Source of the DNA: Octopus vulgaris
Lineage: Eukaryota
Reading direction: 5' to 3'
NCBI GenBank assembly: GCA_951406725.2
Contig: OX597835.1
Span: 37,510,001 to 37,574,000 of the forward strand
DNA length: 64,000 bases
The notes under the pieces are model-generated. The model had not been told where the DNA came from. It made no database searches and saw only the letters and a program-made list of their open reading frames with translations. The translations under genes and the position numbers were made by a program. The first letter of the stretch is position 1. Each line of letters begins with the position of its first letter. Below are positions 40,695 to 53,677 of the stretch, one piece after another.

Positions 40695-41338
40695 TTTTTA
40701 TTTAAATTGTAAACAGCAATTACAACTGTAAATTATCTCCAAATGTTTTCTTCGACAGCAAACTGTTAGTTAAACTGCAATTTAAGCTATAATCTATCCT
40801 TGGTTGCTCTCTTTAAATGCAAACTACAAGTTCAACAGCAAATTAAGCTGTAATCTATCTCCAAATATTTTTGTCAAATGCAAAAATTAAGATGCACATG
40901 TAAACCATCTTCAAATGTTTTCTTCAAATGCAAACTCTAAGTTCATCCATAAACTGTAACTTATACATTAAATGGAACTGCAGCAGTTGCTCTGTTCAGT
41001 TTAGATTCTGTCCATAAAACCATCTCCTGCAGGCAATAGCTTTCATCTGTTCCTTGCTTAAAACCAAAGAGCCTTCTGGTGTAATTATAAAACACAAACA
41101 ATAAATATACATAAATATAAATAAATAAATATAATTCTAAAAAATATTCACGCATAGATTCTCTTACCGTTTCTGTCTACCTGTCTGTTTCTCTCTTTCT
41201 CGCTCTCTCTACCTCTCTCTTTCTCTTTGTTTCACTTATACACTCTCCCACATGTCTATATATATATATATCTATGCATACACACATGTATGTATATATA
41301 TATATATTTATTTATTTATTCATACATACATATATATG

Positions 41339-41385
<47 letters not shown>

Positions 41386-42490
41386 TTATTTATTCATACA
41401 TACATATATATTATATATATATATATATGCACGCAAACACATATATTCATATATGTATATATATGTATTCATGCATATATGTGTATATATATGTATATAT
41501 ATTATTTATTTATACATACATGTATGCACACATACACACACATACACATCATCATCATCATCACACACATATTTACAGACATGCAGCTATATACCAAAAC
41601 AGAAAAGAGGAAAATGTTGTTGGTGGGTGGATGAAGGAAGATGTGTTTTTTTTAGGGTGGGGGGAGATCTGCAATAAAGAAAAAATAAGAAACAAACAAA
41701 AGAAAAATTTAGGTGTCAGGTAAAAGCAAGTGGTGGATGGGAAGGGTAGGTGGTGGATGGATTTTTAGTTTCAAACCCCAAACTCTCCTCTTGATGTTTC
41801 TCCACCATCCTGTTCCTCCAACCCCTCCGAGTAAAAATCATAAGCTTTTCTCACCTCTGAAACTCTAAATGAATAGAAACGATAGAAGTAGTGATGGTGG
41901 CGGTGGTAACGGTGATGGTAATGGCGGCATTGGTGATGGCGGCAGCAGTGGTGGTGATGATGGCAGTGGTGGTGGTGGTGTTGGCTGACAGGGTGTTGAG
42001 AATTGGAATCAACAACACCAACAACAACAAATAAACTAAGAACAGCGATAGCAACAACAAGGGGCACACAGAGGCTAAAACTTAAGGAAGTGTAAATTGC
42101 CAGCGTCACCCAGTAATTTCCAAATGGTTATGTTCTCCCCAGCACCATTCATAGTTTGATATCCTCTGGCAAACACTTTATAAAGAATTCATAAAAATTA
42201 TTTTTTCTTTTAAAAAAATACCAACAAAGAAAAAAACAAACAAAAAGACCTAAAAAAAAACAGAGAGCTTCTTGATTTTACCATTTTATTTTTCCGTTTT
42301 CATTTTGGTTTTGCTTCTAGAAGCTTCTTCTGTCAATAATTTTATATATTTTTTTTCTTCCATTTTTGTATTTAGGTTTTATTTTTTGGAGCTATTATAG
42401 TCATTAGATTCATTGCTGTCTTTGATGAAGATGTTTTATGATCGAGAGTTTGAAGAAAAAAATCAAGAAAAACATATTGAATAGATGATG

Positions 42491-42530
<40 letters not shown>

Positions 42531-42545
42531 ATATCTATCTATCTA

Positions 42546-42607
<62 letters not shown>

Positions 42608-42810
42608 AGTTTAATTATCTATCTCTCTATCTATCTATCTATCTATCTAACTATCCATCTATCTATGTCTATCGATAGATAAATAAACAGATAGTACTTA
42701 ATATTCTTTTAAGTCTATAATATATTCTATCACTCTCTTTTACCAAACTGCTAAGTTAAGGGTACATAAACCAACCAATCAACCAACTAGCATACACACA
42801 CATGTACATG

Positions 42811-42843
<33 letters not shown>

Positions 42844-43629
42844 ACACACATGATGTTTATCTCTGGAACTGAGTTTCATGCCATTGCAATCTTCAGATAA
42901 GAACTGTTACAAATTATTTTATTATATTCATTAATGTGATTGTAGTCTCTTAATTATGTTTACTTGCGTTAATTTTTGCACTTGCTAATTGGCTGTCAAT
43001 TTTCTGCCTCATCATTGATTAATTTTTGTGGTATGGTGTTTACTTTCTTTGTATTTTTTGACAAGATGAGACGTGATTTTAATTTGTCTAGTTGTTATAT
43101 ATTTGCATATTTGCTGAGTTTATCTGTTAATCTTATTAAAACTGTTTGATTTTGTTTTTGGTCAAGTTTGTTTTAGCACTTCTATGTTTTTGGTCAAGTT
43201 TGTGTATCCTCAACTATGATCATAAATGATGGATAACGAATGCAAAAAATGTGATCACGAATACAAGTGACCAAAATAGTGTTCTTCCAAAGGATCTCTG
43301 GTGTAATATTATGTGACAAGGTGCATAGCTTGGATATCATTGAGTCCCTCTTGGTTGCGTGGAGGTGCATGGCTTCATGGTTAGGGTATGATTGTAAGAT
43401 CGTGGTTTCAATTTCTGGATGGGCGACACGTTGTGTTCTTGACCAAAACACTTCATTTCACATTGTTCCTGTCTACTCAGCTGGCAAAAATGAGCAATCC
43501 TGTGACAGATTGGCGTCCCGTCCAGGTGGGGAATATAGATATGAAACTGAGAAACAAGCCTTTGTGAGTTTGTACGACTCAAGAAGGTATCTTTACCTTT
43601 CTTTTATCACCTGGCTGAGTTCCTACTTC

Positions 43630-44370
43630 TCTGCATTGAGAGGTCACGGCTCAGGTACTATAAGCATATGATTAGAATGACACAGGACAGAATTGCAAGA
43701 CAGATTCTTCAAGCCATGTCAACCAGTAGAAGATCTAGGGAAGACCAAAAATGAAATAGTTGGATAGTATCTTTTATAACAGTTGGCCATGCTTGAGACT
43801 TGAGCATAAAAGTATAATGACAGTTGCTTCTGATAAGACGCTATGGACAAGATGAGTGAGAACTCTGCTCCCTAACCTTAATGAGAATCTCTCCTAGTCG
43901 AACTGCTATTTTTCTGCATTGAGAAGTCACAATTCTGGCACTGCAGACATGAGATTAGAATGTTGCAGAAAAGAATTGCAAGATGGATTCTTGAAGCCAT
44001 GTCAACCAGCCACATGCCTCTACAAACCCAGGGATAAACCAAGAATGAGATGGTTCGATGATATCCATAGTCTCAGTCATGTTTGGAAGTTCAGCTGGTA
44101 GCTATAATGACTGTTGCTACTGATATGACCTTGTGGAGGCGGTGCCTGAGGCCTCTACCCCACCACAGCTCAAGTACAATAGATGTGTGATTAGAATGTC
44201 AGTGGAAAAAATGGCAAGTTGGATTCTTAAGGCATATAGCAGGAAACCCAGGGGTGGACCAAGATGATATCCAGAATCTCACTTGGTTATGCTTGGGAAC
44301 CAAGCCTGAAAGTCTAATAACAATTACTTCTGATAGGACCCTACAGAGGAAGTGCCTAAGGACTCTACCA
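43630..44370 (+). mobile_element. Three tandem RTE-like LINE 3'-end fragments
   Basis: Repeated gattagaatg...gcaag...gattctt.aag; peptide remnants IRMTQDRIARQILQAM and KPRMRWFDDI. Confidence 0.6.
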
Positions 44371-45117
44371 CACAATCCTGGGAATAGGGGACAGAGACAA
44401 AGGATGGGTGGTAGTTTGTTTCGATAGGTAAGATATCGTCTTTGTAAATATCGATGTTATGATAAGGTAATTTCCTGGAGAGAGTTTTGATTTAACCAGA
44501 TTAAGGAATTTTAATGACTTGTTTGTTTCCAGGGAATTTAGCTGTAAAATTAATTAAGGACACCTTTGTTTGCTGAGGAATTTCCGATATTCTAAGTGCT
44601 ATTTCATTAAAATACACCCGATCTTTAAACACCTTCATTACTGAGTGCCGAAATTAAATTAAGGAACAATAAATAAGAATAGCACAGATGAAAAGCTATG
44701 GAATTGGATTGATCTTGGAAATATAGGCTTGACTAAAAAAATTGGCACAGCATGAACTCAAAACTAACTTTCTTTGAAGAAAATATCATGACTGACTTAT
44801 GTAGCTGATGTCTTTCATTGTCTTAAGAATAGTTCTAGCTGCTAATATAGGAACAGGTGTGGTTGTGAAATTTACTTTTGGACCATGTGGTTTCAGGTTC
44901 ATTCCCATTATGTGGCACCTTGAGAGAATGTCTTCTACTATAGCTTAAGGCTGAGGAAAGACTTGTGGGTGGATTTTGTATATGGAAACTGAGAGAAGCT
45001 CATTGTACATATATATGTGTATATATATATATATATACACACACCTACATACATAAATATGTATATACATATATGCATACACACACACACACATATATAT
45101 ACATACAGACATGTATA

Positions 45118-45167
<50 letters not shown>

Positions 45168-45247
45168 AATTATTTGAGGGTATATTATTCCTAACTTACA
45201 GGGAAAAATTCAATTTAGAAATACTAAATCAAATTTCACAAAATATG

Positions 45248-45450
45248 ATATATATATAAAAATTAGAAAAAAAAACCTTTTATCAATTCAAAATGAACAA
45301 TTAAATTACACCATCTAGAAAATTACATATAATAGAAATGTTAAAGATAAAATAACATAATATTTTTAATATTTCTATTATATGTAATTTTCTAGATGGT
45401 GTAATTTAATTGTTCATTTTGAATTGATAAAAGGTTTTTTTTTCTAATTT

Positions 45451-45460
<10 letters not shown>
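45248..45460. repeat. AT-rich fold-back (about 100-bp arms) within (TA)n
   Basis: aaaattagaaaaaaaaaccttttatcaattc... mirrored by ...gaattgataaaaggttttttttt ctaatttt. Confidence 0.85.
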
Positions 45461-45481
<21 letters not shown>

Positions 45482-45789
45482 TACAGACATGTATATGCTA
45501 TACATATACATATGCCTGTATGTGTGTTTCTTTATCTTCATAGTGTGTGATTGATGTAAATGCATGTCACTGTCATACAAGCAATGACATTCATTTCCAA
45601 AATGGTGTAAATATATGTTTGTCCATGTGGAAACCTTACCTCACTTAGAAGCAGATGAGACCAGGCAGCCAGAAGGGCATTCATCTGTAGAAAATGTGCC
45701 ACAATGAACTCTGCCAATTCATTTAAGCATGAAAAAGTGGATGTTTAAATGATGATAATGATATGGATATATATATATATATTTTGTCA

Positions 45790-46160
45790 AGTACATCAAC
45801 ATAAAAAAAAAATCAAATGGAAATTGTAGTTGTGATACCTGTGCTGGTGGCACGTTAAAAGCACCATCCGTACATGGCCGATGCCAGCGCCACCTTGACT
45901 GGCTTCCGTGCTGTTGGCATGTAAAAAGCACCAACCGATCGTGCCCGTTGCCAGCCTCCCCTGGCACCTGTGCAGGTGGCATGTAAAAAGCACCCACTAT
46001 ACTCACGGAGTGGTTGGTGTTAGAAAGGGCATCCAGCCATAGAAACACTGCCAGATCAGACCAGAGCCTGGTGCAGCCTCCTGGCTTCCCAGACCCCGGT
46101 CAAACCATCCAACCCATGCTAGCATGGAAAATGGACATTAAACGCTGATGATGATGATGA
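45790..46160 (+). mobile_element. Repeat family E
   Basis: Reverse complement of 34278-34630. Confidence 0.8.
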
Positions 46161-46549
46161 TGATATATATATATATATATAATGTTAAAAAAAATATAAT
46201 ATGTCCTCAGATACAGAAGGTCACCAAATTCTCATCTCTTATTGGCCAGGGGTTCAAACGTAATTTCATGTCTACATATATATGTATATGGGGGAGGGGG
46301 CATATGATAAGATGTGTGCTTAGAGTTGAATCACTGGTCTAACCATGATGTTCCACTGATCTGATGAACTAGCTTTCTTTATTTGTATTGATTTGTGAAT
46401 ACACAACTGTATTGTATAATGTATCGCATGCATATTAGTGCAGACAAGTAGACATAATTATGCACTGCAGTTATTATTACATGGAGAAGGCTGCGAAAAC
46501 AGCCATAATCCTAAGGATGTTAAGGGATTAAATAAATATTTTCATCTTT

Positions 46550-46797
46550 AAAGGCGGTTAGTTGGCAGAAACGTTAGCTGGCAGAAACGTTAGCACGCCA
46601 GGCAAAATGCATGGCCGTATTTCGTCTGTCTTTACGTTCTGAGTTCAAATTCCACCGATGTCGACTTTGCCTTTTATTCTTTCGGTGTCGATAAATTAAG
46701 TACCAGTTACACACTGGGGTCGATGTAATCGACTTAATCTGTTTGTCTGTCCTTGTTTGTCCCCTCTGTGTTTAGCCCCTTGTGGGTAGTAAAGATA
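46550..46797 (+). mobile_element. SINE family B
   Basis: Family B body with a duplicated head segment tggcagaaacgttagc. Confidence 0.85.
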
Positions 46798-46841
46798 TAT
46801 AAATATTTTAATCTTTCTTACCTCCTGACGTTTTGTGGTTT

Positions 46842-47441
46842 CAGGGTTGTCGCTAAGCCCCTGCAACCCTTATGGTCCCAAGGCCCTCCGTGGTTGAGGG
46901 GGCCCCATGTTAAGATTAAAGTATGCATATGAGTTGTCTATTTATTTTCATTAAGATGTTGAACAAGAATTAAAATATGTTAACTGAAAATTTCAAGAAC
47001 TAAAATTGTAATACATTGTACCTGCAAAAGTTCTTGTAAAAATATTACATTTACCACGAATGTGTACCAGACTTTGTGGTCTGTCTATGATATCTGTTGA
47101 ACATGAACTTAGCTCTCAGCTTCTCTATTCTGAACTGATTAATGATTTTGCAAAGCAAAAAGTGCACTGTGTTTGTCTTTGAAAGCTGCCTGGATTATAA
47201 AAGTGTTCTTTTATTCATATCCGGAAGTTTTACTTATTGAAATTTGTAATAGACCTAAATAAATTTAACTCATACTTTTAAAGATGTTCTTTAGGATAAC
47301 ATGAAATATTGAACTTCAGACAGAATAAAGTAAAATATAAGCCATGAATAAAAGGTGCGTAGATTATGAATTTTGATTGAAGTGATGGGGCCTCAAAACA
47401 AAAGTTGCAGGGGGCCTTCTAAAAGTCATGCAACAGAGCTC
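46842..47441 (+). mobile_element. Non-autonomous hAT relic retaining the transposase C-terminus
   Basis: RLCGLSMISVEHELSSQLLYSELINDFAKQK (47088-47182) matches the hAT dimerisation-domain end; GGGGCC subterminal motifs at both ends. Confidence 0.65.
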
Positions 47442-48167
47442 ATGGTTTATATAGAGATATAATGTTATGATAACCACAATTCTTGTTAAATACAACTCCC
47501 CAACGTTTCCTGGTTGAAACATTAATTTATTTCATCATTTTTCAAGCTAAGATCAAGACTGAGTGTCTGTTGTTTTTTAAACAAATTATGTTTAAACAAG
47601 GGACATTGATAAGAAAGAAGACAAAAAGAAAACATAAGGGTGATAACCAATGTTAAAATAAACAAATGTTTATAACATATAACAAAATATTAACGGTTTA
47701 CCTTTGTCTGGTGGCCTATTTTTAAATTCTGCCGAGATGTAATTCTTATAATGTGGACATACAGAAAAAAATCTAATTCCTGGAAATTATGTGGTTATTG
47801 GAAGCATTCAAATTCTTTAAGAGATATAATTTCTCAAGAAAACATACAGAACATCTTTTGATCTGGTTAATATAAAGTCTGTTTTTTTTTTCTGTCGAGG
47901 TCGACTTTGCCTTTCATCCTTTTGGGGTCGATGAATTAAGTGCTGTTGTGTACAGGGGATGATCTAATCGACTGGACCCTCCCCACAAAATTTCAGGCCT
48001 TGTAACTAGAGTAGAAATGAATATAAGGTCTGGTTTTGGAGGAAAAGACAGGCTTATTGCCTGGGGTGGACAGTCATGGAAATGTGACCCTTGTTCAATA
48101 GCCATCTTAAAAAACTTAAGGACTCAGATAAAAAAAGGGTAGAACACATTTATAGTCAAGGTAATTT

Positions 48168-48558
48168 GTGGCCGTGTGGTAAAAAACTTGCTTCCCAACC
48201 ACATGGTTCTGGGTTCAGTCCCACTATGTAGCACCTTGGGAAAGTGTGTTCTACTATAGCCTCAGGTCAATCAAAGCTTTGTGAGTGAATTTGGTAGATG
48301 GTAACTGGAAAAAGCCTGTCATATTGTCATGTATATATGTATATATATATATATATATAGATGTGTGTGTGTATGGATGTGTCTTCATGTCTGTGTTTGT
48401 CCTCCACAACTCTTGACAACCAATGATTGTTTGTTTAAATGTTTGTAAATTAGCAGTTTGGCAAAGGACTAATAAAACAAGTACCATTCCTAAAAGATCA
48501 ATGAATAAGGACTGCAGTTGGTGCATTTGACTAAAATTTCTTCAAGTCAGTGTCCCAG

Positions 48559-48589
<31 letters not shown>

Positions 48590-48773
48590 AGGCACAAGCA
48601 TGGATGTGTGGTAAGAAGCTAACTTTCCAACCACACAGTCTTGAGTTCAGTCCCTCTGTGTGGCACCTTGGGCAAGTGTCTTCTACTATAGCCTTGGGCC
48701 AACTAAGGCCTTGTGAGTAGATTTGGTAGAAGGAAACTGAAAGAAGCCCATTGTATGTATATATATATATGTA

Positions 48774-48808
<35 letters not shown>

Positions 48809-49070
48809 ATGTATATGTATGTATATGTATGTATATGTATGTATGTATGTATGTGTGTGTATGTATGTATGTGTATGTTTATATGTGTTTGTGTATGTAT
48901 GTATATATATGTATGTGTTGGCTTTCCCATAATATAGCGGTTCAGCAAAAGAGACTGATAGAATAAGTACTGGGTGAAAAAATAAGTGTTGGGGTTGATT
49001 CATCCAACTAAAAATTCTTCAAGGTGCCTCAGCATGGCCGCAGTCTAATGACTGACATGAGTAAAACATA
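48168..49070 (+). mobile_element. Two tandem older family A SINEs
   Basis: Heads at about 48168 and about 48593. Confidence 0.8.
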
Positions 49071-49119
49071 GAAGATTATACATATACATACATATATATA
49101 TAAGCAGAAACAAACATCT

Positions 49120-49650
49120 AGAGGAATATATGATATACCTGAAAAGCTCTGCTTACTCAAACGTTCCAGCAAACCCTGTAAAACAAAATATTACTGATGA
49201 GGATCAAAAAGCATTACAATGTCTATGAGAAGACTCATCTATCGTCATTAAAGAAGCTGTAATAATGGACAAGACCCATTATAGGGAAATGGTCTTAGAA
49301 TAACTCAGTGATCAGCCATTCTACAGAAAACTAGATAACAATATTGATAAACAAACTATGAGCAAAATTGGTAAATTTACCAATAAATTCAAAAATGACT
49401 TAATTAAAAAGGAGTCAGATTACCTAACCAATTTTGAAGTGAAAACAAGTCATTTTTATGGACTCCCTAAAATCCATAATTCCAGATAGCGCAATAGCAG
49501 CTTCAAAGACCTCGATATTCCATATATAAAGATTCTCCAACTGATCTCAAATTGCGTTTGATTGTTGCCAGACCTGCATCCAGCACCCAAAGATTAAGTA
49601 ACTTGCTGGACGTAATTTAAAAACCTTTATGTAAATTAGTTTCGAGTTCA
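49120..49650 (+). pseudogene. Penelope-like element reverse transcriptase N-terminal fragment
   Basis: NITDEDQKALQCL*EDSSIVIKEA-VIMDKTHY...FYGLPKIHN...LKLRLIVARPASSTQRLSNLLD; YGLPKIH and LRPIV-like motifs are PLE hallmarks. Confidence 0.8.
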
Positions 49651-50062
49651 TCTGTGCAAATAGAAAATTTAAAATATTCCCATTTTACAAAATAAACAAT
49701 GAAAATGTGCAACTACGAAAAGCAAAAAAAAAAAAGGCAATCTAAAATTTAACTGAAAATAGCGAACATTCCATATAGTTAACAATGGTAAAAGAATATT
49801 TAAAACCAAAACTAAAAGTCTGAAAATAAACCAGAAATAACTCTACCACAAAATTAACAACTTCCTCTTTAAGAGCATGTGTGTTTGAAAAGGTTTAACA
49901 AAAATGGTCTCACACTAGAAAAAAATATTCTTCTTAAAAATGGTTAGTAACATCCTCATTTCCATAACATCTTTTTAAAAAAAATATTTTTCAGGAAAAA
50001 AAATCACCTATGTATATGTGTGTGTATATATATATATATATATAAAAATATATATATACACA

Positions 50063-50164
50063 CATTGTTTGTGGGCATGAAACTGGTTCCACACAAGAAG
50101 GGATGGTTTTTTAAAAAAACCATCCCTTCTTGTGTGGAACCAGTTTCATGCCCACAAAACAATG
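50063..50164. repeat. Near-perfect 102-bp palindrome at the broken end of a pogo relic
   Basis: cattgtttgtgggcatgaaactggttcc...tttttt/aaaaaaa...ggaaccagtttcatgcccacaaaacaatg. Confidence 0.9.
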
Positions 50165-50738
50165 GCTATTAAAGAAAGAGTGCAGAAATTGAAAATGAAA
50201 ATGACAGTGGTCCCTGGTGGTTTAACCCTTTTGATACCAACCCAGCTGAAACCGGCCCTGGCTCTGAGTACAAATGTCTTGTTTTCGTAAGTGTTGAATT
50301 AAAATCTTCCACCAAACCTTAGCCGCAATTTATGTTCCTAACACTAGCTGAATGATAACCAAGTTACTTTATTAAACTCTTTGTTATATTTAAAATTAAT
50401 TGAAAGAAACACAGAGCATCTCAAAATAGATACAGTAATGAAAGGGTTAACAAGCCAATTACAATCACTGGACGAATCATTCAACAAGTCTTTTAAGGCA
50501 TTTATGAAAGAAGAGTGGAATCAATGGATGAGAGCCAAGAACATGACCTAACACCAGCAGGTTGTTTGAAAAGGCCAACAATTACTCAGGTGGGCGAGTG
50601 AGTCCTGAGATCATGGGATGCTGGGGAAGTTGAAGTAGCAGTAAAATTCTTTAAAAAATGTGGCATCAGTAATGCATTAAATGGCACAGAAGATGACATT
50701 CTGGTTGAAGATAGTGACACTTCAGACAGTATTGACGA
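50117..50738 (+). pseudogene. pogo/Tigger-type DDE transposase fragment
   Basis: KPSLLVWNQFHAHKT...VVPGGL/TSQLQSLDESFNKSFKAFMKEEWNQWM...FKKCGISNALNGTEDD, split by a TTAA MITE. Confidence 0.85.
50222..50450. mobile_element. TTAA-flanked MITE
   Basis: ttaaccctttt...aaagggttaa; removing it restores GGL-TSQLQ. Confidence 0.85.
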
Positions 50739-50739
50739 C

Positions 50740-51430
50740 CCTTAAATCCTTAAAAATGTTTCAGCCTGAAAGCTGCGACCATGCTGGGGCATCACTGTTG
50801 AATGAGCTACACTAGTATGTGAAACCACTTTTGATACGTGGCACTTGGTCAACAAGGGAGTTTGACGCCGCTGCCGGCATCTGTGTTTCCTGCTGAGAGG
50901 TAGGTTCTTCTGGAACCCCTGACAAGAAGATATCCAGTTTAGTTTTAAAGAAACCCACATCCACACCATGCAGGTCTCTCAGACATTTACAAAGGATATT
51001 GAAGAGCTGTGGTCCCCTGAAACACAAGCTGTTGCAGTATCTAGACCTGTATTTTGATGGCGATGCCGGGATCTTTGGCACCATGTAGTGGTGCCCCGTT
51101 CCACTGTTGGAATAACTTTCAATGCCAAAATTCGGGACAAGGCTCTCCAGGATTTTCCAGATGTATATTACTGCATATCTCTCTCGCCTTCGCTCCAGGG
51201 AGAAGAGTTTTAATACTTTCAGTCTTTCCCAGTAGCTGATATGTTGCATTGAGACAATCTTCTTAGTGTAGCTTCGTTGGATTGCTTCAAGTTCTGCTGT
51301 TAACTTTATATTGTGTGGTGACCATAGTTGGGAGCAGTAGTCCAAGCAGCTGAGGACGAATGTTTTCCAAAGGACCATCAGTGTCTCCTTCTCTCTTGTT
51401 CTATGATTTTTTCTAGTTTTGAAGCTACGG
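50740..51430 (-). mobile_element. 5'-truncated CR1-group LINE (ORF2 C-terminus plus tail)
   Basis: LDYCSQLWSPH..LEAIQR..SYWERLKVLKLFSLERRRERY; tail gccccagcatggtcgcagctttcaggctgaaac. Confidence 0.9.
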
Positions 51431-51765
51431 ATGACTGCAGTCAGTTTTTGGGATTTCAAGTATGAAATATTTTCCTTATACTCATATGTTTAATCTTAGC
51501 ACACTTTTTAATCTTTTCCCATTGTAATTTAATTGAAACGTTTGTTTTGTCACGTCCATGTGAAATTTTTGCAAATGAAGAAATATTTTTACATGAAGAA
51601 ATATTTTCAGGATTTGAAGATTAAAATATATTTTCTTATTTGTAATATTTCAACTGTGCAGATTTTAATCTTTGTTCTTTTTAGGATGTCATGTTTGTGT
51701 GGTACTTCTACAAATGGTAGCAATAAGCAAAATATTTTCAGGATTTTATGATTGAAATGTTTTTA

Positions 51766-52163
51766 TTACTCTCTTTTACTCTCTTTTACTTGTTTCAGTC
51801 ATTTGACTGCGGCCATGCTGGAGCACAACCTTTAATCGAGCAACTCGACCCCGGGACTTATTCTTTGTAAGCCCAGTACTTATTCTATTGGTCTCTTTTG
51901 CCGAACCGCTAAGTGACGGGGACATAAACACACCAGCGATGCTGGGGGACAAACACAGACATACAAACATATACGCACACATACATATATATATACATAT
52001 ACATGACGGTCTTCTTTCAGTTTCCGTCTACCAAATCCACTCACAAGGCTTTGGTTGGCCCGAGGCTATAGTAGAAGACACCTACCAAGGTGCCACGCAG
52101 TGAGACTGAACCCAGAACCATGTGGTTGGTAAACAAGCTACTTACCACACAGCCACTCCTGCA
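51766..52163 (-). mobile_element. SINE family A
   Basis: Homology to other copies. Confidence 0.9.
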
Positions 52164-52662
52164 CCATTGTGTAGATTGTGTAGATTCTACTGTAATCTTT
52201 ATTTTCATTTTGTTCTATTTGGGATGTCATGCTCATGTGGTATTTTTACAAAGTGTAGCTGTGCAATGAAATGTTATTCTCTATTTCTCACAAGAATTTC
52301 CCTGTTGTGGAGTTTAGTTTTGTCCTTTGTCTGGGATAAAAAAAAAAAGGCACTTTATAAGCCTACATCCAAAACTATCAAAATCTGAAAATACTGCAAC
52401 GGCTGTAGTCCCATCTACTTGCATGAACTGAGACACTATTGGTGGTAGAAGATTCCTTACAAAACACATGAAGATAAAAATCACTGCTGGGCCAAACAAT
52501 GAATTGTCGACCTGGAGTATCGTAGTGCAGGAGTGAATCAAGAAATTTCTGACTGATATGGGTGTCTGAGGTCTGATTCATTGCAACTGATCAATGAAAT
52601 GATAGTGTAATATGTTTAGAGATACTGAAGAAATTAATTTTTATATTGTGTAATTTTTACAC

Positions 52663-52896
52663 GGGAGTGGCTGTGTGGTAAGTAGCTTGTTTACCAACCA
52701 CATGGTTCCAGGTTCAGTCCCACTGCATGGCACTTTGGGCAAGTGTCTTCTACTATAGCTTCGGGCCGACCAAAGCCTTCTGAGTGGATTTGGTGGATGG
52801 AAACTGAAAGAAGCCCGTCATATATATGTATATGGCGGTGCCCCAGCATGGCCACAGCTCATTAGCTGAAACTGGAAAATCAAAATCAAAATCAAA

Positions 52897-52938
<42 letters not shown>

Positions 52939-53135
52939 CTGTGTTTGTCCCCCCAACATCGTTTGACAACCAATGCTAGTGTGTTTACGTTCCCATAACT
53001 TAGCAGTTCGGCAAAAGAGACCGATAGAATAAGTGCTAGACTTACAAGGAATAAGTGCTGGGGTCGATTTGCTTGACTAAAGGTGGTGCTCCAGCATGGC
53101 CACAGTCAAATGACTGAAACAAGTAAAAGAGTAAA
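52663..53135 (+). mobile_element. SINE family A with a nested short 3'-tail insertion
   Basis: Insert ggcggtgccccagcatggccacagctcattagctgaaac(aaaatc)n at about 52833-52897. Confidence 0.85.
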
Positions 53136-53677
53136 AACCCTTCAAGGGTTGTTTGTTGCTGGTACAAAAATATTCTTGCCATCATACATGTTTAAACAAA
53201 ACAGTCAAATTTGAAAAGTTTCTTGGTTGATGTGATGGAGTGCGTGTGCATCCCTCCTAATCCCTGCCTCTGAATCCATCTCTGTTGTAGTCTAGCTACA
53301 GTAGTACAGGGGGCACATAATGGTAGGCGTAAACTTTGAGAGTAAACTTACCATTCCATGTCACTGTACTGACGGTCCCACAAAACAAATTAGTAAGGTA
53401 GGTGAGTGCTGCGTTTTGTTAGTTTTACAGACATGAGTGTGTGTGTGTAGGGGGTCACAATGGGAGACAGTCACGGTTGGCCAACGTAAGGGATAGTGCA
53501 AATAAGTGTTAGACCAGTAGTTCCCAAAGTGGGTAATACTGCCCCACCCATCCGGTGGTGGTGGAAAGACTCAGGAAGGCATTGAAGAAAAGTGAGGTGA
53601 TTATAGGGTGGCTGAAATGAGGAAATGGATGTAAAAAAAACCCTCCAAATAATGGGCTAAGTACATTAACTTTTAAT

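Noticed and set aside
52314-52600. Short ORFs in unique sequence
   Set aside because: No recognisable domain or convincing splice sites.
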